Shown: positions 1-10,438 of the stretch, piece after piece | How the letters are laid out: the number at the start of each line of letters is the position of its first letter | Position numbering within the stretch: position 1 is the stretch's first letter | Origin: Nitrospinaceae bacterium | GTDB taxonomy: Bacteria; Nitrospinota; Nitrospinia; Nitrospinales; Nitrospinaceae | Direction: 5' to 3' | NCBI GenBank assembly: GCA_965237905.1 | Contig: OZ250172.1 | Location: 640,001 to 704,000 of the forward strand | DNA: 64,000 nt | Made by a program: the position numbers and the translations under genes | Notes under the pieces: model-generated | What the model saw: the letters and a program-made list of their open reading frames with translations, nothing else | Told to the model about the DNA's origin: nothing | Database searches by the model: none

Positions 1-250
1 GTCCGGTCCCCAGCTGTTCTGCCTGCTCGACAAACTCAACGGGACGGTTGGCGCAGGCCTGTTTGACTTCCTCGGCCTGATACCCCACCACCACGAGAAC
101 CCGTTTGGGATTCAAGGTAGCCACCGTGTCCAGCACATGAATCAGCAACGGGCGCGAGGCCAAAGAATGCAAAACCTTGGCGCAGTCGGACTCCATCCGG
201 GTGCCCTTCCCGGCGGCTAGAATGACGACGGCTAACCCTTGTCTCGGCAT
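1..250 (-). CDS. glmU: GlmU-type nucleotidyltransferase, N-terminal part (runs off the window)
   Basis: Manual translation from ATG at 250 gives [28 protein letters not shown]...EQAEQLGTG, the GlmU N-terminal signature. It could be a stand-alone NTP transferase. Confidence 0.8.
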   Translation of the reverse strand, partial: MPRQGLAVVILAAGKGTRMESDCAKVLHSLASRPLLIHVLDTVATLNPKRVLVVVGYQAEEVKQACANRPVEFVEQAEQLGTG

Positions 251-498
251 TTGATGTTGTAGTCCTGGATTTTTTTGCGGAGGGTGTTGCGGTTGATTCC
301 GAGAATGTTGGCGGCCTTGGTCCGGTTGCCCTCGGTTTCCTGAAGCACGATTTCCAGCAGGGGTTTTTCCACTCCGCCGATGATCAAATCATGAAGGCCG
401 CCGTTTTGCCGAACGTCCATATGGGACACGTATTTTTTAACGCTCGTATCCAACCATTTTTCGAGAAACGTCTGGATTTTTTTATCAACCTTCGGCAT
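232..498 (-). CDS. Fis-family helix-turn-helix DNA-binding protein
   Basis: [35 protein letters not shown] is the HTH_8/Fis motif. Start placed at ATG 498; the ORF extends to 516. Confidence 0.85.
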   Translation of the reverse strand: MPKVDKKIQTFLEKWLDTSVKKYVSHMDVRQNGGLHDLIIGGVEKPLLEIVLQETEGNRTKAANILGINRNTLRKKIQDYNIKCRDKG

Positions 499-697
499 AG
501 GTCTTAAACGGGTCAATCAAGTTACAGATCGGTTTTCATGGGGTGGAGATGGCGCATCGTAACAAACCCGCTTCGGGAGGTCAAGAACAGGTTCCGGTCC
601 ACCCGTTTTAAAATAATTTTCAGTTGATAAAAAACAATGAGATGGCATAAGATGGGAAATTATTTATTCAATCCAAAAAGAGAATAGAGAATTTATT

Positions 698-2023
698 GTG
701 AAAGTCGCCTTCGCCACACTCGGTTGCCGGACCAATCAAAACGACACCGCGGAAATGCAGACCGTCCTGGAACAGGAAGGATTCTCCATCGTCGGTTCCC
801 AGGAACGGGCTGACATCTATGTCATCAACACCTGCACGGTAACCGCCAAAAGCGATTCCAGCTCGCGCCAGGCGGTGAAGAAATCCCTGGCCATCAATGA
901 CGCAGCAATGGTCGTTTTTACTGGATGTTATGCCCAGAACAGCCCGGAGGAGGCATCACAGATTCCTGGACTGGATGTGGTTCTGGGGAACGCCAACAAG
1001 CTGGAGATCGCCAAGGTGATCAAAACCCAACTGAACCGGCTTCAACAGGAAGATAGCTTCGGCCTGCCGCTGGTGCACATGTCCGACATTACCCAGAAAT
1101 GGGATTTCAAGACCATCCCCGTTTCCGATTTCCACGGCAAGACCAAAGCGTTCATCAAAGTGCAAACCGGGTGCGACGAGGCCTGCTCCTTCTGCACCGT
1201 GGTGCGGGCAAGAGGACGGTCCATCAGCGATTCACGGGAAAATATTCTCAACAACGTGCGCCACTCGCTGGCAGCCGGGTTCCGGGAAATCACCCTCACC
1301 GGGATCAACCTGGGAACCTACGGAATGGATACCGACCCGCCGGAAACGTTTTCCTCCCTGGTGGAGGAAATCCTCGACCTCGAAGGCGAATTTCGCGTGC
1401 GCCTCAGTTCCATCAACCCCATGGAAATCGACGACCGGTTGATCGAACTCATGGCGGAACGGAACAATCTGTGCTCGCATTTGCATATCCCGCTTCAAAG
1501 CGGGGACGATACCGTACTCTCCCGCATGCGCCGGAACTATAACGTCCGGCAATACCGGGAAGTGATGAGAAAGGTCATTGACCGGAATCCGGGCCTGGGA
1601 CTGGGGGCGGATATCATTGTCGGCTTTCCCGGCGAAACCGACGCGATGTTTGAAAACACCCGCCGAATGATCGAAGACCTGCCCTTCACCACCCTGCACG
1701 TATTCTCCTATTCTCCCCGTAAAGGAACCGAGGCCACCGGATTCACCAACGACGTTCCCAAGTCCGTAAAAAAGGAACGCAATAAAATCCTGACCAAACT
1801 GGGAAACCAAAAAGCCCGGCAATTCTGGGAAACCTTACTGAACCAAACCGTCCCGGTGCTGGTCGAAAACAGCCGCGATCCTCAAACAGGACGCCTGCGG
1901 GGTCATTCCGACACCTATATACCGGTCTCTTTTGAAGGGTGCGATGAATGGATGAACCGAATTGTTCCCGTCCGCATCACTGAGGTTTTGGAACAACAGG
2001 TTTCCGGATGCCTGCCGTCATAA
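698..2023 (+). CDS. mtaB: tRNA t6A37 methylthiotransferase (radical SAM)
   Basis: TLGCxxN, INTCTVT and CxxxCxxC (CDEACSFC) motifs, plus a C-terminal TRAM-like region. Confidence 0.9.
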   Translation: MKVAFATLGCRTNQNDTAEMQTVLEQEGFSIVGSQERADIYVINTCTVTAKSDSSSRQAVKKSLAINDAAMVVFTGCYAQNSPEEASQIPGLDVVLGNANKLEIAKVIKTQLNRLQQEDSFGLPLVHMSDITQKWDFKTIPVSDFHGKTKAFIKVQTGCDEACSFCTVVRARGRSISDSRENILNNVRHSLAAGFREITLTGINLGTYGMDTDPPETFSSLVEEILDLEGEFRVRLSSINPMEIDDRLIELMAERNNLCSHLHIPLQSGDDTVLSRMRRNYNVRQYREVMRKVIDRNPGLGLGADIIVGFPGETDAMFENTRRMIEDLPFTTLHVFSYSPRKGTEATGFTNDVPKSVKKERNKILTKLGNQKARQFWETLLNQTVPVLVENSRDPQTGRLRGHSDTYIPVSFEGCDEWMNRIVPVRITEVLEQQVSGCLPS

Positions 2024-2190
2024 TCCTGACCATCGAATCGACCGGTTCGGAAACGCCATCACTCATACTTCGCGGGAAATGATATCGCGACATTGCCCAC
2101 ACTTTCGGGAATTGACTGTTAAACTGGGAAAGATCGTCATCCGCAGTTTCGCGACCCATTACTCCGAAAAATCCAGGTAATCCCGGACTC

Positions 2191-2670
2191 ATGAATAAAA
2201 AAAGTCAAAATACCGATGGCATTAAAATCATTTGCCAGAACAAAAAAGCCCGGCACAATTACCAGATCGAGGACACGATGGAGACGGGTGTGGTTCTGCA
2301 GGGGACGGAGGTCAAGGCCCTGCGCGAGGGCAAGGCCAGCATGGCGGACTGCTACGCGGTGGTGGACCGGGAGGAAGTCTTCATGCTGCACTGTCACATC
2401 AGCCCGTACACCCCGGCGCATGCCTTCAATCACGATCCCATGCGCAAGCGCAAGCTCCTGCTTCACAAAAAAGAAATTGCGCGATTGATCGGCACTACTC
2501 AGGAAAAAGGCCTCAACCTGATTCCACTGAAACTGTATTTTAAAAACGGTAAGGTCAAAGTGGAGCTTGCCATCGCCAAGAGCAAGAAAACCCACGACAA
2601 GCGGGAAACCATCAAGAAGCGGGAAGCGGACCGCGAAATTGCCCGCGCCATGAAACGGGATAAACCCTAG
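2191..2670 (+). CDS. smpB: SsrA-binding protein
   Basis: NKKARHNY, GTEVKALR, RKLLLHKKEI and DKRETIK motifs. Confidence 0.97.
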   Translation: MNKKSQNTDGIKIICQNKKARHNYQIEDTMETGVVLQGTEVKALREGKASMADCYAVVDREEVFMLHCHISPYTPAHAFNHDPMRKRKLLLHKKEIARLIGTTQEKGLNLIPLKLYFKNGKVKVELAIAKSKKTHDKRETIKKREADREIARAMKRDKP

Positions 2671-3560
2671 TCTTTGCGAAGAACCATCACCACTCCACAA
2701 ATAGCGGTGCAGGCGCCGATGTAGCCCCACAATCCGATCATTTCGGGCGCTACCCAATCCGGCGCCACGAGGGGCAGGATGTGCATGACGGTCAGTGTGA
2801 TAAACGGGTTGAGTGTGATCACCACACTGATCAGCCACAGCGGAATATGATTGACCGCCTCCGCCAGACAGCCGTAGGCCAGCAGGGTATTCACACCCAG
2901 AAAAGCTATCAACGCCCAACTGCCAAAATTCGGATTGTTGAATTCAGCCCAGGTCGCGACAGGAATCAACACCAGCGCGGCAGTGCCATACACCAGCAGA
3001 TTCAGATGAGGGGCTTCGTAGGCCACCGACAATTTTTTCTGGAAAACCATATATCCGGCCCACAGCACGGCGGCCGCAACCATAGTAATCGAGGCTTCCG
3101 TGTAGACTTCGCTTCCCCATTGGCGACTCTGATCTTTGTAAAAAAGAACGAACCCGACTGCGGCAATTGCCAAACCGATGCCCTGTCTCCAGTTGAGTCG
3201 TTCCTTGAATAAAACCACTCCCAGGAAAACCAGTAGCACCGGCGCGATCTGGATGAGAATGCCGGCGTTCGAAGGACTGCTGACTTCTACGCCTCTCAAA
3301 AAGTAATAATAATTACCGGCCAGAAAAATTCCCGCCAGAACTCCGAAACCCGGCGGCGAATAGATGATTGATTCCGGTCGCTTCTTTTGGAATTTCAAGA
3401 ACAGGAAGAGCACTATAAAAGCGAAGGTAAAACGGAACCAGACGATACTGCCTCCGGAAAATTCCTGGAGGGCAATTTTCATCAGGATGGGAAGAAAGCC
3501 CCACAGCAAGGCGGTGATCGCCACGCAGGCAAGGCCCCGGACGTAATTGGGCTTCTGCAT
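2667..3560 (-). CDS. DMT/EamA family transporter
   Basis: About 10 hydrophobic segments in two EamA-like repeats. Confidence 0.85.
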   Translation of the reverse strand: MQKPNYVRGLACVAITALLWGFLPILMKIALQEFSGGSIVWFRFTFAFIVLFLFLKFQKKRPESIIYSPPGFGVLAGIFLAGNYYYFLRGVEVSSPSNAGILIQIAPVLLVFLGVVLFKERLNWRQGIGLAIAAVGFVLFYKDQSRQWGSEVYTEASITMVAAAVLWAGYMVFQKKLSVAYEAPHLNLLVYGTAALVLIPVATWAEFNNPNFGSWALIAFLGVNTLLAYGCLAEAVNHIPLWLISVVITLNPFITLTVMHILPLVAPDWVAPEMIGLWGYIGACTAICGVVMVLRKD

Positions 3561-3567
3561 AGTCCGG

Positions 3568-4182
3568 TCAGTTTAGGTGAGCAAACTTCTCCAGCATCGT
3601 CAATCCCTGCTTCTGACTCTTTTCGGGATGAAACTGAAAGGCGTGAATGTTCTCGTGTTGGATCCCGGACACAAACTCCACTCCGTACTGGGTGGTGGTG
3701 GCGACCATGTCGCGATTTTTGGGAACGACATAATAAGAATGAACAAAGTAGTAGTAGGGATGCGCATCCATCGAATCAAACAGCGGCGATGGCTTGTTGA
3801 GGGTCAGCGTATTCCATCCCATATGCGGGACTTTCAGGGTGGGGTCATCGGGAAAGTGAAAACGCATGACTTTCCCGGGAAGAATCCCCAATCCTTCCAC
3901 CGTGCCAAACTCAATGCTCTGCTCAAACAGCAATTGCAACCCAAGGCAGATACCCAGAAACGGTTTGCCGGATTGAATCGATTTGTGGACCACTTCCACC
4001 AGCCCCAGGCGATCCAGGTTGTCCATGCAATCCTTGAACGCCCCGACACCGGGGAGGACCACCGAATCGGCATCCAAAATGGTTTGGGGTTTACTGGACA
4101 CCACGGCATCGGCGCCCACGGCTTCCAGCGCCTTTTGCACGGACCGCAAATTGCCCATGCCATAGTCGATAATGGCGATCAT
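3568..4182 (-). CDS. hisH: Imidazole glycerol phosphate synthase, glutaminase subunit
   Basis: IIDYGMGNLRSV, LPGVGAF, GICLG and QFHPEKS motifs. Confidence 0.97.
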   Translation of the reverse strand: MIAIIDYGMGNLRSVQKALEAVGADAVVSSKPQTILDADSVVLPGVGAFKDCMDNLDRLGLVEVVHKSIQSGKPFLGICLGLQLLFEQSIEFGTVEGLGILPGKVMRFHFPDDPTLKVPHMGWNTLTLNKPSPLFDSMDAHPYYYFVHSYYVVPKNRDMVATTTQYGVEFVSGIQHENIHAFQFHPEKSQKQGLTMLEKFAHLN

Positions 4183-4767
4183 CTAGAGAGTGCCTTTGGT
4201 AGACGGAATCGTGTTGGACCTCGGGTCCAGGGAGCTGGCCTGGTCCATCGCCTTGGCAAACGCCTTGAAAGACGCTTCCACCACGTGGTGCAGGTTGTTC
4301 CAGTAAGGAGAATTGAAGTGCAGGGTGAGCCCGCAGTTGGCGGAGACGGCTTGGAAAAATTCCGAAACCAGCTCAACATCAAACTCGCCCAGTTTCGCCT
4401 TAGGCAAGTCGATATTGAACACAAAGTAAGAGCGGCTCAGGTCCACGACGCAATTCACTAGCGCCTCGTTCAAAGGCACACTGGACTGCGCAAACCTCCG
4501 GATTCCCTTCTTGTCTCCAAGGGCTTTTTCAAAGGCCTGACCCAACGCAATTCCCAGATCCTCCACCGTGTGGTGGAAATCGATGTGGGTATCTCCTGTC
4601 GCTTTTACCGTGAGATCGAAATAACCGTGGCGGGATAACTGCGCAAGCATGTGATCCATGAATGGAATCGGGGTTTGGATATCCCCCTGTCCTGTTCCGT
4701 CGAGGACCAGACTGATTTCAATTTGGGTTTCGCTGGTAACACGTTTGATTTTGGAGCATCTATCCAT
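4183..4767 (-). CDS. hisB: Imidazoleglycerol-phosphate dehydratase
   Basis: DFHHTVED, HHVVEA and PSTKGTL motifs. Start placed at ATG 4767, overlapping the dxs stop. Confidence 0.95.
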   Translation of the reverse strand: MDRCSKIKRVTSETQIEISLVLDGTGQGDIQTPIPFMDHMLAQLSRHGYFDLTVKATGDTHIDFHHTVEDLGIALGQAFEKALGDKKGIRRFAQSSVPLNEALVNCVVDLSRSYFVFNIDLPKAKLGEFDVELVSEFFQAVSANCGLTLHFNSPYWNNLHHVVEASFKAFAKAMDQASSLDPRSNTIPSTKGTL

Positions 4768-6781
4768 TGACCGGCTGTATTTCTTTTCCTTTATCTTTTT
4801 TGCCATTGGAGGAATGTTTTCCATTGCCTCCGTTTTGGCCGTTTTTGCCGTTTCCATGGACTTGTTTTTTACCATTACCAGAAATCGGGACGGCCCCGAG
4901 AACGGTCTTATTATAGAACTCCTGAACCGCGTTTAAAAGACTTTCCGGGTCCAATTTCAAATCTTTTCGGACCAGCACCGGAGCTCCATGTTCAATGACT
5001 TTATCGGCCACGCCGATACATTTCACCAGAACATTTTTCTCCGGGAGATGCTCGTTGATTTCTTCCAGAACCGCGGAACCGAACCCACCTTGAAGCGCGT
5101 GTTCCTCCATCGTCACCAGGCATTTTGCCGACTGTGCATAGCGGCAGATCAGATCGGTATCCAAAGGCTTCACAAACCGGGCATTGATAACAGCCACACT
5201 GAGGCCCTCGCTTTCCAAAGACTTGGCAAGATCCTGAGCCGGTGGCACCATATGGCCGTAAGCGATAAGCGCGATATCGGTTCCATCCTGAATCACCTCG
5301 CCCTTGCCGATTTCCAGTTCCTTCATTTCCGGGTCCAGAGGTACGCCCAGGCCGGCACCACGCGGATAACGCACGGCGGCGGGACCGGGATGATAGACGG
5401 CGGTTTTCAGCATATGGCGCAGTTCATTTTCATCCTTGGGCGCCATGATGACCATATTGGGCAGTGTCCGCAAATACGCGATGTCGTACAACCCCTGATG
5501 GGTCGCCCCATCCTCGCCGACGATGCCGGCGCGGTCCATCGCGAACGTCACCGGGATGTTCATGAGACAGATATCATGAACCACCTGATCGTACGCCCGT
5601 TGCAGAAACGTGGAATAAATGGCAATGACCGGCCGTAACCCTTCCAGCGCCAGGCCACCGGCAAAATCCACCGCATGTTGTTCGGCCATACCCACGTCGA
5701 AGGTGCGCTCCGGAAAAGCCTGCCCGAATTTACTGATCCCCGTACCCGAGGGCATGGCGGCGGTGATGCCAATAATTTTCTCATCCTGTTTGGCCAAATC
5801 GATCAGAGCATCGGCAAACACTGCGGTGTACGCCGGATTGGATTTCTTTTTCAGGAACGCTCCCGTTTCGATGTCAAAGGGAGACGCGCCGTGCCAGATT
5901 TCGGCCTTTTCTTCAGCCATTCTGTATCCTTTGCCCTTGCGGGTAATCACATGAACCAATGTCGGACCTTTCTGGCCTTTGAGGTCTTCCAGGTTTTCAA
6001 TCAACGTCTCGGTATCGTGACCATCCAGCGGACCGACGTAACGGAATCCCAAGTCCTCAAACAACCGTCCGGGGATGAACACGCCTTTGATGGCGTCGTC
6101 GATTTTGTGGGCGAAATGCGATATATTTTTCCCCACCCCGGGAATAGATTGCAGCATCTCATCAATTTGTCCTTTGATCTTTCGCATGACCTGTCCGGTC
6201 ATGATCTGGCTCAGGTGGGCTGACATGCCGCCGACGTTGGTGGAAATCGACATCTCGTTATCGTTCAAGATAACGATCATGTTGCTTTTAAGATGGCCGG
6301 TATGGTTCAAGCCTTCAAAAGCCATGCCTGCGGTCAACGACCCGTCGCCGATCACCGCTACCACTTCGCTGTCTTCTTTTTTGAGGTCGCGCGCTTTGGC
6401 AAAAGCGAGTGCGGCGGAGATGGAGGTGCCTCCATGGCCGCAGTTCCAATGGTCGTGTTCGTTTTCTTCGCGTTTGGTAAATCCGCTCAACCCCTCGTAT
6501 TGCCGGAGTGTATGAAACCGTTCCCGGCGGCCCGTCAGCAGTTTGTGGACATAGCTCTGGTGCCCCACATCCCAAACAAACCTGTCCCGCGGACTATCAA
6601 ACACGTAATGCATCGCCAGTGTCAATTCCACAATGCCCAGATTGGAGCCCAAATGTCCGCCAGTTTTGGATATCGTCCCTAAAAGAGTTTCCCGGATCTC
6701 TGCTGCTAAAGTGGGAAGATCTTCTCTGTTGAGTTTTTTTAAGTCCTGAGGACCGTTGATTCCATCTAAGAGCCTGCTCAT
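4760..6781 (-). CDS. dxs: 1-deoxy-D-xylulose-5-phosphate synthase
   Basis: GGHLGSNLG, WDVGHQSY, GDG...N TPP motif and DRAGIVGEDGATH. Confidence 0.97.
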   Translation of the reverse strand: MSRLLDGINGPQDLKKLNREDLPTLAAEIRETLLGTISKTGGHLGSNLGIVELTLAMHYVFDSPRDRFVWDVGHQSYVHKLLTGRRERFHTLRQYEGLSGFTKREENEHDHWNCGHGGTSISAALAFAKARDLKKEDSEVVAVIGDGSLTAGMAFEGLNHTGHLKSNMIVILNDNEMSISTNVGGMSAHLSQIMTGQVMRKIKGQIDEMLQSIPGVGKNISHFAHKIDDAIKGVFIPGRLFEDLGFRYVGPLDGHDTETLIENLEDLKGQKGPTLVHVITRKGKGYRMAEEKAEIWHGASPFDIETGAFLKKKSNPAYTAVFADALIDLAKQDEKIIGITAAMPSGTGISKFGQAFPERTFDVGMAEQHAVDFAGGLALEGLRPVIAIYSTFLQRAYDQVVHDICLMNIPVTFAMDRAGIVGEDGATHQGLYDIAYLRTLPNMVIMAPKDENELRHMLKTAVYHPGPAAVRYPRGAGLGVPLDPEMKELEIGKGEVIQDGTDIALIAYGHMVPPAQDLAKSLESEGLSVAVINARFVKPLDTDLICRYAQSAKCLVTMEEHALQGGFGSAVLEEINEHLPEKNVLVKCIGVADKVIEHGAPVLVRKDLKLDPESLLNAVQEFYNKTVLGAVPISGNGKKQVHGNGKNGQNGGNGKHSSNGKKDKGKEIQPVNG

Positions 6782-6793
6782 AATGTTTCCATA

Positions 6794-7714
6794 TCAAAAG
6801 GTACGTTGGACGAAAAAACGGGCAATCTCGCGCAGAGGATCGGCTCGTTCGTCAAATTCTGCCAAGCATTCCAAGGCCTCATCTACCAGAGATTCGGCTT
6901 TCTTTTTGGAATCCTCCAAACCAAACAAGGCCGGGTAAGTGGCCTTGTCCTTGTCGACATCGCTACCGATATCTTTTCCCAGTTCTTTTTTATCTCCAAC
7001 AATATCCAGAATATCATCGATAATCTGAAAGGCCAGACCGATATGAGCGCCGTAACGGGAAAGTGCCCCCAACTGGGAATGGGAAGCCCCACTCAAGATC
7101 GCGCCGCTTCGAACACAGGCCTTGAAAAAAAAGCCTGTCTTGTAAATGTGGATGTACTCCAAAGTTGAAGCATCAATTTTCTTCCCCTCCGATTCCAAAT
7201 CCACCACCTGGCCACCGATCACTCCAGTGGAACCCAGCGACTTGGCGATCTCCTGCGAAGCGCGAAGGATGTTTTTGTGGGAAATGGCCTCCATCAGATA
7301 AGGGTTGGTCATCAACACAAAGGCCTGCGTCAGCAACGCGTCCCCGGCCAGAATCGCAATGGCCTCACCAAAAACTTTGTGGTTGGTCGGCTTGCCCCTC
7401 CTCAGACTATCATTATCAAGAGCCGGGAGGTCGTCATGAATCAACGTGTACGTATGAAGAAACTCAACCGCTACTGCAAAAGGCAAGACGTTGGTTCGGC
7501 TCCCTCCTACAGCTTCCGCTGAAGCTATAAGAAGGCTGGGGCGTAACCTTTTCCCCCCAGCGAACAAACTGTAGTGCATGGATTCGTGAATACTCTTGGG
7601 GTAACCATCTTTTTCCGGCAAAAACTGGGGTATCGCTCTATCGATAAATTCTTTGCATTCCCCTAAATATTTCTTGGCGAGTACTCTTTCTGTTGATTGG
7701 GTCACCGGAACCAT
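6794..7714 (-). CDS. ispA: Polyprenyl (farnesyl/geranylgeranyl) diphosphate synthase
   Basis: GGKRLRP, HDDLPALD..RRGKPT and FQIIDDILD motifs; lies directly upstream of dxs. Confidence 0.9.
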   Translation of the reverse strand: MVPVTQSTERVLAKKYLGECKEFIDRAIPQFLPEKDGYPKSIHESMHYSLFAGGKRLRPSLLIASAEAVGGSRTNVLPFAVAVEFLHTYTLIHDDLPALDNDSLRRGKPTNHKVFGEAIAILAGDALLTQAFVLMTNPYLMEAISHKNILRASQEIAKSLGSTGVIGGQVVDLESEGKKIDASTLEYIHIYKTGFFFKACVRSGAILSGASHSQLGALSRYGAHIGLAFQIIDDILDIVGDKKELGKDIGSDVDKDKATYPALFGLEDSKKKAESLVDEALECLAEFDERADPLREIARFFVQRTF

Positions 7715-7900
7715 TTAAAAACCCCTAAGGTATCGTAATATAAAATGTTAGCACACATCCTACCTCAGTCAACCTTTATTCAAAATCCCGGCACACCGTT
7801 GCCCCTCCATCGCTTTAACCTTGCGAATATCCTCATGATTACGGTCGGGATTTTACGCCAAACCTTACATTTTTTTGGTGGGAACGTGAGACAATCCTCT

Positions 7901-7945
7901 CGCCGATCACTCTTGGGTGCAAAACAGGCATGACAACACAGGCCA
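7901..7945 (+). promoter_or_regulatory. Candidate nhaA-type (Li+/Na+) riboswitch-like motif
   Basis: cgccgatcactcttgggtgcaaaacaggcatgacaacacaggcc resembles the GCCGA...GGGTG..CAGGC...GGC pattern of nhaA motif RNAs as I recall it. It lies upstream of a Na+/H+ antiporter. Confidence 0.4.
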
Positions 7946-8215
7946 TTCTTTCTTCAGCACCCTGGAGAACACCCCAAAAGAGGGTGAAGGGATGGGCTCT
8001 ATTCAGACATAAATCCGGAAAACCTTATCAGTGATGATCCCTTTCCTAAACAAATCAGTTTCTTTGCTTGAACGAAACACTTAAAATGTTGAGCCTTATA
8101 GTATTGACAAAGTAAGGAAAACCCTTTTTCATAGATTGAAGACTCTCATTTCGGAAACTGCTGACAACTCCATGCCACACCCCAATCCGTTTGACCCGAT
8201 CCCAAGGAGCACTGT

Positions 8216-9550
8216 ATGGAAACGATGACCACCACATGGGTGGGATATCTTTCTTTGATCATATTTGTTCTGGCCTATTCCCTGGTCGTGGTCGAAGAAA
8301 AAATCCACATGAGAAAATCCAAACCCGTTATCTTTGCGGGGTGCCTCATGTGGTTTTTCATTGGCCTTTATGAATCCCAACACGGTCACGGCACTGGCCA
8401 GGCTCACGATTATGTGAAGCACCTCATCGCGGAAATCGGCGAATTGTTTTTCTTTCTGCTTGCGGCCATGACTTACATCGATACCCTGGCAGAACGGAAT
8501 GTATTCAATGCCCTGCGCTCCTGGCTCCTTCGTAAAGGATTGGGCTTTCGTTCTCTGTTTTGGGCGACCGGGACCATCACCTTTTTCCTGTCTCCCCTCG
8601 CAGACAATTTAACCAGCGCACTGCTCATGTCCACCGTCGCGCTGGCGGTGAGCGGCGGTAATTCCAAATTCATTGTTCTCGCGTTCGTCAATATCGTGGT
8701 CGCGGCCAACGCGGGAGGCGCTTGGAGTCCGTTCGGCGACATCACCACGTTGATGGTCTGGACTTCCGGCAAGGTCGAAACGCTACAGTTCGCTTACCTT
8801 ATGATCCCGTCACTGGTCAACTGGTTGGTACCGGCGTTGTGCATGTTTTTCTTTATTCCCAACAAAGTCCCTGAAAGCCTCTCGGATGAAATTCATCTGA
8901 AACCCGGCGCCAAAATCATAATCTTCATGGGTATCTGCACCATCGCCACTGCTGTCAGCTTTCACCAATTCTTTCACCTGCCGCCGTTTCTGGGCATGAT
9001 GCTCGGCCTCTCCGCACTCATGCTTTTCGGTTACTATCTGAAACGCTGGGGAAACAAACATCTGAAGAAGGAGTTGCAAATCCCTGAAAGCCGGCAGGAG
9101 GAGCACCGCGATTTTGACATCTTCGACAAAATAGCCTCCGTGGAATTCGACACCCTGCTGTTCTTCTTCGGTGTACTCACTGCCGTCGGCGCTCTGCAAT
9201 ACATTGGCTACCTCGCCCTGATCAGCGAAAATCTGTATGCAACCATCGGTCCGACATGGTCCAACATTATCGTAGGCATTCTTTCTGCCGTGGTCGACAA
9301 CATTCCCGTCATGTTCGCCGTTTTAAGAATGGACCCTGCGATGGGAATCGACCAGTGGTTACTGGTCACACTGACCGCGGGAGTGGGCGGTAGCCTTCTA
9401 TCCATCGGTTCGGCCGCTGGCGTGGCGGTGATGGGCGTCGACCGGAAAAATTACACCTTCCTCTCCCACATGAAATGGGCATGGGCCATCGCCCTGGGCT
9501 ACGCGGCGAGCATCCTGTCCTGGTACTGGGTCACGGAAAGCCTCCGTTAA
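8216..9550 (+). CDS. nhaD: NhaD-family Na+/H+ antiporter
   Basis: EEKIHMRKSKP, ADNLTSAL, AANAGGAWSPFGDITT, DNIP and GGSLLSIGSAAGV motifs. Confidence 0.92.
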   Translation: METMTTTWVGYLSLIIFVLAYSLVVVEEKIHMRKSKPVIFAGCLMWFFIGLYESQHGHGTGQAHDYVKHLIAEIGELFFFLLAAMTYIDTLAERNVFNALRSWLLRKGLGFRSLFWATGTITFFLSPLADNLTSALLMSTVALAVSGGNSKFIVLAFVNIVVAANAGGAWSPFGDITTLMVWTSGKVETLQFAYLMIPSLVNWLVPALCMFFFIPNKVPESLSDEIHLKPGAKIIIFMGICTIATAVSFHQFFHLPPFLGMMLGLSALMLFGYYLKRWGNKHLKKELQIPESRQEEHRDFDIFDKIASVEFDTLLFFFGVLTAVGALQYIGYLALISENLYATIGPTWSNIIVGILSAVVDNIPVMFAVLRMDPAMGIDQWLLVTLTAGVGGSLLSIGSAAGVAVMGVDRKNYTFLSHMKWAWAIALGYAASILSWYWVTESLR

Positions 9551-9572
9551 TTTTCCTGCCGGAACATTTGGC

Positions 9573-10328
9573 TCAAGCTCTCGCCAGGGTGAAGACCTGT
9601 ACGCAACCCGCCTTGGCTTGCTTCAATACCCGGGTCACCTCGTTCAGCGTCGAACCGGTGGTGAACACATCGTCGACCAACAGAATATTTTTATCGAGCA
9701 TCGCATCCGGACTCACCACTTCAAACGCGCCGCGGACATTTTGAAAGCGTTCCGCCCGGTTTTTCCGGGCCTGGGGAAATGTTTCGCGGATGCGCTTCAA
9801 GGGCCGAACCAAGAGAGGTAAGCCCAAAATTTCCGCTATCTTATGCGCCAGAACAAAAGACTGATCGAATCCACGCTCTTTCAACTTCTTCACATGGAGT
9901 GGTACCGAGGCCACTGAGTATCCTAGATACTCATCCCGGCACGTTTCAAAATAATCCCGTAAAAAGGGTTCGATCTCGTCGATTGCTCCCGGTTGGTTGC
10001 GGTATTTGTAAAAGTGGATCAATTCCTTTAAAACCGAGTCGTACAACCCGAGCGAGCGGGCCCGGTCGAATCGAAATCCGCCCTTTTGGCACCAACCGCA
10101 CTCGAAGCCTTCCGCCGGATAATCGTAATCGATGTCGGCGGGAATCCCGCAGGTGTTGCATAGTGGATCGTCGATCACAAAGATATCGTCGCGGCACAAC
10201 CCGCACAAATAATCCCCGCCGTTCTTTCGGCTGAGTCCGCAACCGACACAACTGCGCGGAAACACGGCGTTCACTATCGATTCGCAAACCCGAACCACGC
10301 GAGGGCTTTGGAGGATTTGGTTTATCAT
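9573..10328 (-). CDS. comF: ComF-family protein (zinc ribbon plus PRTase)
   Basis: Several CxxC pairs, ERGFDQ and LLVDDVFTTGST. Confidence 0.88.
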   Translation of the reverse strand: MINQILQSPRVVRVCESIVNAVFPRSCVGCGLSRKNGGDYLCGLCRDDIFVIDDPLCNTCGIPADIDYDYPAEGFECGWCQKGGFRFDRARSLGLYDSVLKELIHFYKYRNQPGAIDEIEPFLRDYFETCRDEYLGYSVASVPLHVKKLKERGFDQSFVLAHKIAEILGLPLLVRPLKRIRETFPQARKNRAERFQNVRGAFEVVSPDAMLDKNILLVDDVFTTGSTLNEVTRVLKQAKAGCVQVFTLARA

Positions 10329-10438
10329 GTCAATCGCCAGGACTTTGTGATAAAGTTTTTTGCTTCGGAAGGAAGTGACATTATATCACGAAAGCCGAAC
10401 CCCAGACCTCTACCCATAACTCCTTTAAATATAATAGG

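Noticed and set aside
2024..2190. tmRNA next to smpB
   Set aside because: Too short, with no tRNA-like ends
4768..4875. Extended N-termini of hisB (also nuoC, nuoE, nuoM) in the ORF track
   Set aside because: They overlap upstream genes; downstream ATGs match the family N-termini
7980..8045. Fluoride riboswitch-like sequence upstream of nhaD
   Set aside because: Only scattered words match, and the expected pairing could not be built
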